DNA of 64,000 nt from a virus, in the IMG/VR virus record IMGVR_UViG_3300032086_002413, positions 3,430 through 67,429 of that record, one strand, 5' to 3'. Shown piece after piece: positions 21,022 to 31,582 of the stretch. The position numbers and the translations under genes are program-made. Below the pieces are notes generated by a model. It made no database searches. It had not been told where the DNA came from and worked only from the letters and a program-made list of their open reading frames with translations. Each line of letters opens with the position of its first letter. The stretch's first letter is position 1.

Positions 21022-23232
21022 CTATTTTATTATTTGTGAGTGCGTACCTCTATTGTTATATTTGTTAATTCTTAAATTTAAAGATTGTTTTTCGTATCTT
21101 GGTTTAGGATGATATAAATGTCTATTGCAAGCCATTATAGCTAATCCGCTACTTATAGTAGCATCAAACTTTGTTCTTTTATTTATATCAAATCTAGCCC
21201 AATCATTTAGCGTTTTATTAAAATAAACGTTACCAGCTCCTTCTTCATTAAAACCTACATATTTATCTATATATGTTTCTATAGCAGCCGCGTGTGCTTG
21301 TTTTATATATTCTGATGTGTTAGGTATACCGCCTATATCTCTTTCACTTACAGATAGTTTGTTGTAAACCTTATCTGGTCTATTCATTGAAAAGCCTCTA
21401 TAACCTCTTCTCTTTATATAATACAATAATCTTGGTTTGTTGTTTTCAGCTAGTATTGGCATGCCATAATAAACTATAGCCATTAACACATCTTCAAAAA
21501 ACATCTCTGCAGTTTGAGGTCTTGCAATATATTCTAAAAAAAATGCGTTTGGCGGTGCATCTTCCATAGAAAATGTTGTTAAACCGTGTAGTGATCCTTT
21601 TGAACCTTGACCATCTACAGTACCAGATATATCATACGAGTCACATCCGAAAGCACCAATATGCTCATTTCCAGGATATTTTATCCCGTTCTTTACTATT
21701 ACATTGTTTTCTAGATTCTTAGGTGGTGTCCAGGATATTAAAAATCTACCATTTTTGTTTGGTTTAAAATAAACCTTAGTATCTTGAATACCGTTTTCCC
21801 ATTGAAAACTACCTCTTGTTATAACACCTTGTCTTTCAACATCCGCATTATAATCTATTTGCTCGTATATTTTAGTTAAATTAAATATACTATTTTTTGC
21901 TTCATCTCTAAAAGCATGCTCCTCTGTTCTAGGAAACTGTCTATAAAATTCGTTTAAACCGTCAGAATCATCTCTAAGTCCCTCTACTTCATTCTCCCAG
22001 TACTCTATTACTCCTGTATCAATTTCTTGTCCATCGATACCAAGTATGGGTTTTTCTGGCGTATCAAATACAGGGTGTCCATAAGTATCAATGTATCCTT
22101 CGTAGTTCCACTCCATAGGTATGAACAAAGAATATAATCCTGAACTAGTCTGTCCATTGCGATTTCTTTTTGTAACATCTGAATTATAATAAAGTTTTTT
22201 ATAGTTTTCGCCACCTTTATCATAAGCATTAGATGTTGATCCCATCATACACTTACCTATAATCTTACTACCTAATCTTAATGTAGTTTTAGTAACTCTC
22301 CAGTTATTTAATATATTATCAGGTCTTTCCCATTTACCACTTTCATCATGTACTAAAAGTCGAAGCTTTTCCCCATCATAAGAGTTGTCACCTGTATTTT
22401 TCCAGTCAATGGTTGTATCAAGACCCTCTTGAACTCCAATCTCAGATTCCATGGTAGCCTTGAGGCTATTTCTTGTAAGCTTCGACGCCGGAACCCTGTA
22501 AGCAAGCTCTGTTTTGGGTCTGTCCATGCCGTCCTGTATTGGCTTAAAGAAAAACGGGTAATTAACTGATATTGGGACGACTTTGTCGGTAAACATCTTT
22601 TTCGCATCAGCACCCGTCTTTGATAAGATACCGAATCTTGAATCTTTAGATATTGTAGCTTGGTTAACCGTTTCTCCAGAGGCCATGAAAGAAAATCCTG
22701 ATCTTCTGTTTTTAAGATAACATATACCATATGATCTGTAATCGGCCTTGCAAGCTTCCCAAAATATAAAAAATATCCTATTGGCTTCACGATAATCTGG
22801 TCTTCCAACGTCAATCTTTGTCCATTGCAAATACATGTAGTGAGTACCAGTAATATAAGTAGGTTTTTCATTGTTTTTGAACCAGTAACCACTATCACGT
22901 CTTTCAAACTCTTCATCAATATAGTTGTACCATTTATTTTTAAAATCTTCTGGATATGACTCCCAATCAAATATTGTTTTTATATTTTTAAACTCTTTAG
23001 GTAGATCTTTAGCTTCCCACTTATTTAAGCTTTCATCTATTTTTGAAATTAAAGGTAAACCTATTTTCAGGTTTTGTATTTCTACAATTTCACCTAAAGT
23101 ACCATCTTTACTTATAACAACAATATCATGTTCTTTATTGTAACCATATTTCCATTTTTTGTACCTATTGTTTTTTTTAAGTACATTTTGTTTTATAGGA
23201 GTTATGGTTTTTATTAAAGTTTGCTCGTACAT
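21022..23232 (-). CDS. terL: Terminase large subunit
   Basis: Walker A-like KNRRSGFS, Walker B LLVHDESGK, GSTSN coupling motif, nuclease FGCDSYD and C-terminal FDATIS. Confidence 0.9.
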   Translation of the reverse strand: MYEQTLIKTITPIKQNVLKKNNRYKKWKYGYNKEHDIVVISKDGTLGEIVEIQNLKIGLPLISKIDESLNKWEAKDLPKEFKNIKTIFDWESYPEDFKNKWYNYIDEEFERRDSGYWFKNNEKPTYITGTHYMYLQWTKIDVGRPDYREANRIFFIFWEACKADYRSYGICYLKNRRSGFSFMASGETVNQATISKDSRFGILSKTGADAKKMFTDKVVPISVNYPFFFKPIQDGMDRPKTELAYRVPASKLTRNSLKATMESEIGVQEGLDTTIDWKNTGDNSYDGEKLRLLVHDESGKWERPDNILNNWRVTKTTLRLGSKIIGKCMMGSTSNAYDKGGENYKKLYYNSDVTKRNRNGQTSSGLYSLFIPMEWNYEGYIDTYGHPVFDTPEKPILGIDGQEIDTGVIEYWENEVEGLRDDSDGLNEFYRQFPRTEEHAFRDEAKNSIFNLTKIYEQIDYNADVERQGVITRGSFQWENGIQDTKVYFKPNKNGRFLISWTPPKNLENNVIVKNGIKYPGNEHIGAFGCDSYDISGTVDGQGSKGSLHGLTTFSMEDAPPNAFFLEYIARPQTAEMFFEDVLMAIVYYGMPILAENNKPRLLYYIKRRGYRGFSMNRPDKVYNKLSVSERDIGGIPNTSEYIKQAHAAAIETYIDKYVGFNEEGAGNVYFNKTLNDWARFDINKRTKFDATISSGLAIMACNRHLYHPKPRYEKQSLNLRINKYNNRGTHSQIIK

Positions 23233-23507
23233 TACTTAGATCTTCTTTCCGCAAAACCACCAAAATTTTTCTTTTCGTCAGTCTCTTTATTATCAATCAT
23301 ACTTTTTTCATTTTCAATACGTGATAATATTTCAAAAGCATCAAATATTGCTAACTTTTTAGTTGCAGCAGCATTTTTTAAACGATCAGCAGCTAACTCA
23401 TCATCACCTCCTTCTACTATTATTTCTTCTTCTGCTACTCTTATTAATTCATGTACTGCTTTATAACCAGCTTGGATTATATTCGATTTCAGTTGTTTTG
23501 CTTCCAT
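23232..23507 (-). CDS. Small helical protein, possible terminase small subunit
   Basis: 91 aa, stop overlaps terL start; function from position only. Confidence 0.4.
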   Translation of the reverse strand: MEAKQLKSNIIQAGYKAVHELIRVAEEEIIVEGGDDELAADRLKNAAATKKLAIFDAFEILSRIENEKSMIDNKETDEKKNFGGFAERRSK

Positions 23508-24063
23508 AATTTATAGATATTGAATTTAATTGTACTCTATATAATCTTTCACCATCTATAATAAACTCATATTCACTATTAGGTGTAAAACCAACTATAT
23601 CGTTATCTTGTATATTTTCAATACATTTTAATGTGTCGTTATTATACTTTAAAACACCTATTAGTGGTTTTTCTTTTTCTGTAGAAAATTTATCATTATT
23701 CTTTATTGGTTTAACGAAACAAAAACCAGGTGGTGTATACCACTTGTCATTTCTTTTGTAGAGAAAGATTTGATCTATATAACATAAATATTTATCTTCC
23801 ATAAAATAGCTCATACTATTTTTTTCGTTTCCTCTAACATCATTAAAACGTCTAAAAACATTATGATGAACAACAACTATATCTCCTTTTTTTAAATAAT
23901 CAAACTCTTTGTTTAATGGCTCCTGTACTATAACACCAAGTCTATTAACATATTTATGATCTTCTATAGATGTATTTAACAAAAGTGTAGTTTCACCAAT
24001 TTTCTTTTTATTATTGTATCTACCATTTAAAGGTTCAACTATGTAAGCATATAAGTGCTTCAT
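23461..24063 (-). CDS. GroES-like protein (two tandem GroES-fold repeats)
   Basis: Two copies of a V-x-P ... G-V-(I/L) ... (G/N)-D-I-V pattern (YIVEP..GVIV..KGDIVVV; FVKP..GVLK..DIVGF). Confidence 0.5.
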   Translation of the reverse strand: MKHLYAYIVEPLNGRYNNKKKIGETTLLLNTSIEDHKYVNRLGVIVQEPLNKEFDYLKKGDIVVVHHNVFRRFNDVRGNEKNSMSYFMEDKYLCYIDQIFLYKRNDKWYTPPGFCFVKPIKNNDKFSTEKEKPLIGVLKYNNDTLKCIENIQDNDIVGFTPNSEYEFIIDGERLYRVQLNSISINYGSKTTEIEYNPSWL

Positions 24064-24281
24064 TAATAAGTTAAATTATATTCTACAGCTATAGCCATGT
24101 TTTTATTAAAATTTTTCCAAGGTAAAACCTCTTCATTTTTTTCTATAAATATATTATAACTATTTTCTTCTTCAATAATTTCAACTATGGTATGTCCTCC
24201 AAAAACCTCTTGACCTATACTATAGTGCATTGCATCGTTCTTGTAATCTCTACCAATGCTAATCTTTCTTATTAGATTCAT
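24063..24281 (-). CDS. Hypothetical protein
   Basis: Likely start MNLIRKISIG at 24281; packed into operon. Confidence 0.6.
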   Translation of the reverse strand: MNLIRKISIGRDYKNDAMHYSIGQEVFGGHTIVEIIEEENSYNIFIEKNEEVLPWKNFNKNMAIAVEYNLTY

Positions 24282-24510
24282 TTTTTTTAGTTTTTTTAAA
24301 GCTACCATCTTTTACATCAATATCTACATCACCGTAGTTTTCTCGTAGCTCTTCTTTTAATTTAATTAATTCTTGACCTAATAAATCATGCTGATGCAAT
24401 AATTTATGTTTTTTTAATTCTAAAACTCCTAGATCAGAAGATATTGTTTGCATTATTGTAATTAAATTCTGTAACTTACTTAATTCTTCTGTTTTTAATT
24501 GTTTACTCAT
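24259..24510 (-). CDS. Small coiled-coil protein (possible tail fibre assembly chaperone)
   Basis: 83 aa coiled coil ending YGDVDIDVKDGS, directly after adhesin gene. Confidence 0.45.
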   Translation of the reverse strand: MSKQLKTEELSKLQNLITIMQTISSDLGVLELKKHKLLHQHDLLGQELIKLKEELRENYGDVDIDVKDGSFKKTKKNESNKKD

Positions 24511-24544
24511 TTTATATAATTTGATTTATTAAATATACTAATTT

Positions 24545-27500
24545 TTATGCAAAGGCAATATATATAAACTCATAAGCCGTACTATTATTCATTGAAGTTC
24601 CTCCTAAATAAAATCCTGTATCTGTTGAGTTTATTGCACTACTAAAATAACTTTCTACAGCATCTGCATCAGCACTCAAAAATTGTGCAGATGTATCTAA
24701 TGGTCCCATACCTCTTTCTAAGTCAACCATAATCCAACTATAATTTTGATTAGTTGGTTTTACCATTATAAATTTAGGTTTAAAACCTGTGTATACGTTT
24801 TGAGTATTCGATCCGTTACCTCGATAAACACCTATTTTTGAATAACCAGGAATAGATCTCCAGTTATAAGTTATATATCTTCCGTTATTAGCGTTTGTCC
24901 CGGTGTTTGTACCAAGTGTAATTATATTATTTTGAAAATTACCCCCGTTCCATACAGAAGTTCCAGCTGGTCCACCTAAGGAATAATTAAAATCAAGATA
25001 CATATACTTGTCATTACCTGAAGTAACATCTTTAACCCAACCAAACCAGTTGCCTGTAGTATCTAAACGTTTCACAAGTGTAAATTCAGTATCATCACTT
25101 AAACCGTGAGCTACATTTTCATTTGCCCCTATACCTGTATAAGATGCAATACTAAATCCTGCTTTGTCATTTAAAGATACTTCACTGTGTATTAAAGGAC
25201 TAAAAAACTGGGCTTTTGTCGCGTTGTAGTTAGCGCGTACTTGACTGCTTGTAATAGCACTAGTATATACACGCGCTTGTGCACATCTCATATCTGCATA
25301 CGCGCTAGCGTTTCTACCTATTCTAAAATTAATATCACCACTAGGATAAGCTATACTTCCAGTAACCTCGTAATACATTGTTTGTTTACCATTTTTGTAA
25401 AACTTCATCACTTTACCGTCATACGTAGCTGCTACGTGGATCCATTGATTAAGCTCAATATTTGCGCCTGAATCTATACTATTCCAAGTACCGTTTACAT
25501 TAACAGCAAAGCCAAAGTTATCTGCAGTGTGATGATTATATATCATCCAGCCACCATATGGACTTGTTGAGTTCATAGCACCTATAATTCCGTCAAAAGC
25601 ACTAGGATGACTTTCCATATAAACCCAACCTTCAATAGTTACCGCTGTAGCACCACTAGAGATTATACTACCAGCTGATGGTCCTTCAACGTAGTCATTT
25701 GTACCATCTAAAGATAAATATCTACCTATATTATTCTTTTGTGTTGATCCTCCATAAATATATCCACTATTGTTATTTGAAGTTTTGTCAGTTACTCTAT
25801 TTGAAGTTATTGCACTATCTAAAGAAAGTGTTACGTTTGACTGCGATGCATTATAATTAGTAGATAAATCATTATAGTTTCCATTAAAATTATAAGTTGC
25901 TACACATGATGTATCACCTAATATTTGTAACGTGTTATTTTGAGACTCTTTTTCACTAAATAATTTTTTTATTTCAGTTGATGAAACTTGTTTATTAAAC
26001 AATCGGACTTGATCTATAGTACCGTTTGCGTAATTATTAGAAACGTTTCTTTTACCAATATAAAAAGTTGGGTTTGTATTATATACTATATTAAATTGAC
26101 TGCCTTGCGATGGTGATGATGATGCGGAAGAGCCATTAACATGTATGCTTGCACTTGAAGAAGTCTTAGTAGCTACAACATGATACCATTTTCCTTGCTC
26201 TAAAACAACATTGTTACTTATATAGTTTGACGTATTAGGAGATGAAGAGATAATCCAATATAAATACATTTTATTATCGGAACCTTGATAAACCATCCAT
26301 CCATAAGCTACACCACCAGTTTCATCATATAACCCACCCATGGGTACTTGAAAAGTATTCATTAGGTTTGGTTTCCACCAAAAAGAAACACTAAAATTAT
26401 TATTTAAAACAGTTTTAGGTATTGAAGATTGTATAATACCGTTACTCCCATTTAGTACAGCTGCTTTATTATCACTACCCCAAGTTTTTTCAAATGTGTT
26501 AAAATCATCAAAATCATAATTTAATGCAAGGTTTGTTTGCAACACATTAGCTGTTGTACCTACACCTTGGTAAAGTGTTTTTGTAGCATTATAATTACTC
26601 CTAACTTGATCTTTTGTTAAAGCCGCGTTATAAAACCTTGCTTGACCAACTTGGCCATCAAACATATAATTATTACTTATGTTTGAATACCATCTACCAA
26701 TAGAAACAGCACTTGTTGTAGTTACTGGAGTTGCAGTAGTAGAATTAGTGCCAATTAATAAGCCGTTTTCATAAAGCTTCATAGCTGTACCATCATACGT
26801 GCCGACAACATGATTCCAATAACCAACTTGTGGTGCACCGGCTTGTAAATTATTAGAACTATCAATACTAAATTGATAAGAGCTTCCCCAAAATCCTAAA
26901 ATCCAATCATCTTGTGCACCTGAAGCAACTTTTTTGCTAAATATTCCTTCCCCAAAGCTGCTTGATGGAATAGAGTCCGCTTTGTACCAAATCTCAACAG
27001 TCATGCTTGTTGATGCTCTTAGATTTGCATTGTCAGGTATTGATATATAATCATTACTTCCATCAAAATCAATATAATTTCCGTAAGCATTGTCTTTGAA
27101 TGCTGCTCCATTAGTCAGAGTACCATTATTTGTATTTGTAGAAATGTCCGTTACGGTTGTACCACTACCACTGTACGTATTTGAGTTAGCAAAGTTATAA
27201 TGAAGTTGCAAGTTTGTAGCGTATATACCTGCATCTGTATATGTTGGTTTTTTAGTTTCAACAGTATCACCAGCTTTCCAGTTCCAAGAAACAAATGTGT
27301 CATTAAGTTCGTTAACACCAGCTGCAGTACCAATCTGATAACCATTACTAGTAATATTTGTTAACTCTGTTGAGTTTGTGCCTTCAGCGTCGCTTTTACT
27401 TGGGTATATTACATTTCCAGCACCTCTTAAAGAATCAAAAATTCTAGGATGTTTAGTATCATTTGTTCTTTTCTTATACCATATTAATCCTGGAGATAAT

Positions 27501-30500
27501 TTTGTTTCAATAAATTTCTTTCCACCAGTACCTGTCCATAGATTAATTTTAAAATGTTCTTCTGGCACTAAACTATTACCAGAACTATCAGCTTCTAAAA
27601 ATTCTTGTGCTTTAAGACCACTTGTTGCTGTTCCTTGCGAGTATATAAAAGAATCCTCAGCTATAGCCCAGTATAAGTAAGTATTATTTGTGCTTGCATT
27701 TTTCGCTGCGCTACTTGTTATAAGTTTAAAACCATTACTTAAAAATTCAAATACAGTGTCCGGAGCTTCACCATCTGTGGCGTTTAAATCAATACGCTGG
27801 CTCATTGTATTGGAACTTTCTCTTGCGGTGTCAAACACCATCCAATCACCTGCTTGGTCAACAGCTTTAATTAAAACAAACTTAGGCTTAAAACCTGTAT
27901 AAACAAAAGGCCCATTTGTATTTCCATTTCCTTTATAAGTGCCTATTTTACTATAACCTGGAACAGAATGCAAAGAGTACATTACATAAGTATTATTAAC
28001 ACCATTAACAAACCAATCATTTTTTAGTTTTACTACATCACTTGTAGCAGCACCATTCCAAAAATAGTTTACCGCAGTGTAATATGCCGATGATGAATTT
28101 ATGTACATACCACCATCCCAACCATTACCAAGTAAAGATGACCCAACTGTCCAACTACCTGCACCACCACTCTGACCTGTTCCTCCTGTTCCTTTTATAA
28201 TAACTAGCTCAGGGGTTGAGTTTAATCCATGTCCTACTTCAGCCGTAGATGCATTAGGATAACCTACTCCAGTATAAGTAGCAACACTAAAACCCGCATC
28301 TGTATTTGCACTTACTTGACTTGTAATTGTACCTTCTGTATTAGAAACCGCATCACCTCCACCTTTGAAACCATACATTACATATTCCTCGTCAGGTTCA
28401 TTTATACCATTATGAGTTGTTGGAGGAAAAATAAAGTCTTTTTCTGATATAGCTGGTGCTAAATTCCCATTAGGATGCCCTGAATAATCGTATTGTGTAC
28501 TGGTTGCTGATGAGTTTATATGATTATTAAAACCTCTTACAGAATCCATCCAAGCCCAGTGATTTCCTGATTTTGACAATTGTTTTGTTATAACAAGATC
28601 AGGAGAAAAATTAAAAGGTTTAATAGATGTTTCTTTTGGAGAACCAGTATAAGTTATAACGTCAAAATGATCATTTGGATTTTCTTGGTCAGCTGGGCTT
28701 ATAGTAATTGCGGGTAGATTAGCTGTTGACATAGCTTTATATCCACTAGGTACAGTATAATTAAAACCTTCCGCACCAAAATAAAATTTACCTATATCAT
28801 TTGAATCATATGCGTGAAATCCTATAGAATAATTTGTAAACCCAGATATATCTATACCTGTTGATGGGGTAGCAGGATCATGTGAATATTGCCAACTACC
28901 ATTTTTAGAAATAAACCACCTATGGTTATCTAAATCTATTGCAAAACCTATTATATCGTTTGTAGTTGCTGTTACAGAACTTCCTGCTATGTTTGAATTA
29001 TTATGATATATAGCGCCATTTGAACCCCACATCCATGAGTCATCAGTTGTACCACCATAACTATTTATATCAGAACGATCTGCTAATATTGCTGGACCAG
29101 TTCTAGCGCTACCGTAAGCACTCGAGCTTAAATATTTAAACTCAACATACCATTTGCCTGAACTAGGAGCTATAGAGCTTCCAGTAGTATGATACCCTCC
29201 TACAGCGCTTGTTAATTTTGTACCGGCTTCGGTTATAGCAAACTTACTCGCCATAGCTGTATGGGGAGTAAAATTAGCATAGTTTTCAGCAGGTTGTGAT
29301 TTAGAATGTGCTGCTCCTGTAAGTGCAGAACCACCAGCTAAAGCCTTCTTAGCATTAATAGATAAATCAACTAAAGACAATTGATTGTAATGTCCTTGTG
29401 TAGCCGTGTAGTTTTGCGCAACTTCTTCAGGTGTAAGTATTTTATCATAATATCTAAACTGAGCTATCTTACCATTAAATAAATTAGTTGGCGAACTACC
29501 TTGATTTCTAGCACCAATATACATTGTTTTTAAGGTATTAGAATCTACAGTAAGAGTAGAAAAGCTTGATGCTTCTAATTTTCCATTTACGTATATAAAT
29601 TGTCTGGAATTTATACTATCACCTACAAATACTATGTGATGCCATTTAGCAGTTCCGCCCGACAACGGTTGTGAACTTGTGCTTAGGTTGTTTGCACTAC
29701 CTATCTTAAGTGTCAAATCACCATCACTTTCAATATTTGCTGCAAATAATTTATTATTATTATTTCCTCTTTTTCCAAAAAGATCTCCAGCTAAAGAATC
29801 AGGATTTACCCAAAGTTCAACAGAGGCTAAAAGATTTAAAGGACTTGCGGGAATACCGGTATTAAAAAAATTATTTGCGCCATCAAAATCAAAATAACCT
29901 CCATTAGTAGTACTCCAGGCAGGTGTATTGGTAGAACTAGCGTTGTTGCCATTACCACTTAAATCGTTCCAAGCAGAACCACTGTATGATGTTTCATCCA
30001 CGCCGTCAGCATCCCAGTCTCCAGCATCATAATTTCCGGTTAAATTACTAGTAACAATACTTCCTTGATCAGTATTACCAAGTCGTAAATGAAAACCATT
30101 ATATCCATAAGCATAATTATGCTTAGTGGCTTTATAATTATTTAATATTTCTGTTTCAGTAAGTAAATCATCCCAATATCTTAGTTCTCCTATAGATCCA
30201 TTTGAATAACCAGGACTAGAAACTCTAAATCTACCAAATTGTGGTGTAGAAGATGTGCCAGTTTGTGAAATCCAATAGGTGAGATTTGATGCTCCATTTT
30301 TATCGTATTTTTCTCCATCTATATACCATTCTACATCAGTCCCTGTCCACTGTACGTGATAATGATGCCAAGCGTCATCAACGTCATAATTTATGGTAGC
30401 AGATAATCTATTAGCACCACCAACCCTAGATACTGCTTGTGGGCCAGTTCTATATATACCAATTAAAAAATAAGTACTAGTAGTAGACCCAATGCTATAC

Positions 30501-31582
30501 ATAAATACTCTATCGTTTGAACTTGCGGACCCTAAAAGTTTAACCCAGCCAGATACACCTTTTATAGTATCAGATGCATTAAATGGTGATGATGTAGGAA
30601 GCAAAGCGTAGTCATTACCAGAAAATTCTATACTACCGCCATTATTCTGTACAAAGTCAGCAGTGCAAGTTCCTAGATCATTATTATTACTAGTTTCATC
30701 TAATTTACTACCATTTACAAATCTATAGTCAGCTAAAAGATGATCTGTCGTTAGTGCACTATTTGTGTCTGGTTTTGCTTTATCATAAGCTTTAGGTATC
30801 CATATACCATATTTTAATGAACCAAAATTAGTTGGATATAAAGCTTGCCCATGTATAAATTTAAAATCTGCATATGTAGCATCCATCCCATACCCGCTAG
30901 AATAAAATAATTCATTGATTCTTTGGTTAGTTCCAAAAGATAATAATTGATTATTAGTTAAAGATGCTGTTTGAGCCCATCCTAATTCAATACCATTAAT
31001 CCAATATCTTACTTTTGTATAGTTATTATCTCTAGTCGTATCTATAGAAACACAATGATGATACCAGCCAGCTTTATCAATAACTATATTTTCAGATTTA
31101 TAACTACCAGTATTTATTGTAACATTGATAATACCATCTAGAGAACTACTTGAAGTTTGTTTTCTAAGCCATATTCTATTACCTGAATCTGTACCTGAAG
31201 AATAATATGTAAGATCAGTAGCATGTTCCTCACTATGCTCTTTAACCCAAAAACTAAAAGTACCCTTTTTTGATGTAAAAACATCTGCTGTTGTACTACC
31301 AGGATCTGTTATTTTTATATAGTTATTGTTACTAGTAGGATTATCTAAATGTAAAGAATCTCCTAAAGCTCCTTCATCTTCTGATGTAGGAAATATTGAA
31401 AAAAGACTTTGCCCTCTAAGCTCTGACATAGATCTACCAGTAATAGTACTGCCTTCTGCAACAGTAGCAAATTTTACAGCATTATTATCACCTAGCGAAA
31501 CGTTTGTTTCATTAGTATCAGCCTGCAGTGTGCTATTTACATCGTCATTTAAACTTATTTGACCGCTATTAGGAATTGGCAT
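24545..31582 (-). CDS. Large tail adhesin with multiple LamG/ConA-like and SPRY-like domains
   Basis: Repeated FDG-x-NDY ... W-x-H ... LY-x-NG ... G-x-I-x-Q-x-R-x-Y LamG units; SGKWYVEF SPRY-like motif; repeated GYSKIG-x-Y-x-GNG...TGFKP-x-F modules. Confidence 0.8.
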   Translation of the reverse strand: MPIPNSGQISLNDDVNSTLQADTNETNVSLGDNNAVKFATVAEGSTITGRSMSELRGQSLFSIFPTSEDEGALGDSLHLDNPTSNNNYIKITDPGSTTADVFTSKKGTFSFWVKEHSEEHATDLTYYSSGTDSGNRIWLRKQTSSSSLDGIINVTINTGSYKSENIVIDKAGWYHHCVSIDTTRDNNYTKVRYWINGIELGWAQTASLTNNQLLSFGTNQRINELFYSSGYGMDATYADFKFIHGQALYPTNFGSLKYGIWIPKAYDKAKPDTNSALTTDHLLADYRFVNGSKLDETSNNNDLGTCTADFVQNNGGSIEFSGNDYALLPTSSPFNASDTIKGVSGWVKLLGSASSNDRVFMYSIGSTTSTYFLIGIYRTGPQAVSRVGGANRLSATINYDVDDAWHHYHVQWTGTDVEWYIDGEKYDKNGASNLTYWISQTGTSSTPQFGRFRVSSPGYSNGSIGELRYWDDLLTETEILNNYKATKHNYAYGYNGFHLRLGNTDQGSIVTSNLTGNYDAGDWDADGVDETSYSGSAWNDLSGNGNNASSTNTPAWSTTNGGYFDFDGANNFFNTGIPASPLNLLASVELWVNPDSLAGDLFGKRGNNNNKLFAANIESDGDLTLKIGSANNLSTSSQPLSGGTAKWHHIVFVGDSINSRQFIYVNGKLEASSFSTLTVDSNTLKTMYIGARNQGSSPTNLFNGKIAQFRYYDKILTPEEVAQNYTATQGHYNQLSLVDLSINAKKALAGGSALTGAAHSKSQPAENYANFTPHTAMASKFAITEAGTKLTSAVGGYHTTGSSIAPSSGKWYVEFKYLSSSAYGSARTGPAILADRSDINSYGGTTDDSWMWGSNGAIYHNNSNIAGSSVTATTNDIIGFAIDLDNHRWFISKNGSWQYSHDPATPSTGIDISGFTNYSIGFHAYDSNDIGKFYFGAEGFNYTVPSGYKAMSTANLPAITISPADQENPNDHFDVITYTGSPKETSIKPFNFSPDLVITKQLSKSGNHWAWMDSVRGFNNHINSSATSTQYDYSGHPNGNLAPAISEKDFIFPPTTHNGINEPDEEYVMYGFKGGGDAVSNTEGTITSQVSANTDAGFSVATYTGVGYPNASTAEVGHGLNSTPELVIIKGTGGTGQSGGAGSWTVGSSLLGNGWDGGMYINSSSAYYTAVNYFWNGAATSDVVKLKNDWFVNGVNNTYVMYSLHSVPGYSKIGTYKGNGNTNGPFVYTGFKPKFVLIKAVDQAGDWMVFDTARESSNTMSQRIDLNATDGEAPDTVFEFLSNGFKLITSSAAKNASTNNTYLYWAIAEDSFIYSQGTATSGLKAQEFLEADSSGNSLVPEEHFKINLWTGTGGKKFIETKLSPGLIWYKKRTNDTKHPRIFDSLRGAGNVIYPSKSDAEGTNSTELTNITSNGYQIGTAAGVNELNDTFVSWNWKAGDTVETKKPTYTDAGIYATNLQLHYNFANSNTYSGSGTTVTDISTNTNNGTLTNGAAFKDNAYGNYIDFDGSNDYISIPDNANLRASTSMTVEIWYKADSIPSSSFGEGIFSKKVASGAQDDWILGFWGSSYQFSIDSSNNLQAGAPQVGYWNHVVGTYDGTAMKLYENGLLIGTNSTTATPVTTTSAVSIGRWYSNISNNYMFDGQVGQARFYNAALTKDQVRSNYNATKTLYQGVGTTANVLQTNLALNYDFDDFNTFEKTWGSDNKAAVLNGSNGIIQSSIPKTVLNNNFSVSFWWKPNLMNTFQVPMGGLYDETGGVAYGWMVYQGSDNKMYLYWIISSSPNTSNYISNNVVLEQGKWYHVVATKTSSSASIHVNGSSASSSPSQGSQFNIVYNTNPTFYIGKRNVSNNYANGTIDQVRLFNKQVSSTEIKKLFSEKESQNNTLQILGDTSCVATYNFNGNYNDLSTNYNASQSNVTLSLDSAITSNRVTDKTSNNNSGYIYGGSTQKNNIGRYLSLDGTNDYVEGPSAGSIISSGATAVTIEGWVYMESHPSAFDGIIGAMNSTSPYGGWMIYNHHTADNFGFAVNVNGTWNSIDSGANIELNQWIHVAATYDGKVMKFYKNGKQTMYYEVTGSIAYPSGDINFRIGRNASAYADMRCAQARVYTSAITSSQVRANYNATKAQFFSPLIHSEVSLNDKAGFSIASYTGIGANENVAHGLSDDTEFTLVKRLDTTGNWFGWVKDVTSGNDKYMYLDFNYSLGGPAGTSVWNGGNFQNNIITLGTNTGTNANNGRYITYNWRSIPGYSKIGVYRGNGSNTQNVYTGFKPKFIMVKPTNQNYSWIMVDLERGMGPLDTSAQFLSADADAVESYFSSAINSTDTGFYLGGTSMNNSTAYEFIYIAFA

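Noticed and set aside
22008-22970. Alternative-frame ORFs inside terL suggesting an intron, intein or frameshift
   Set aside because: terL is continuous with all motifs present; no homing endonuclease or intein signature
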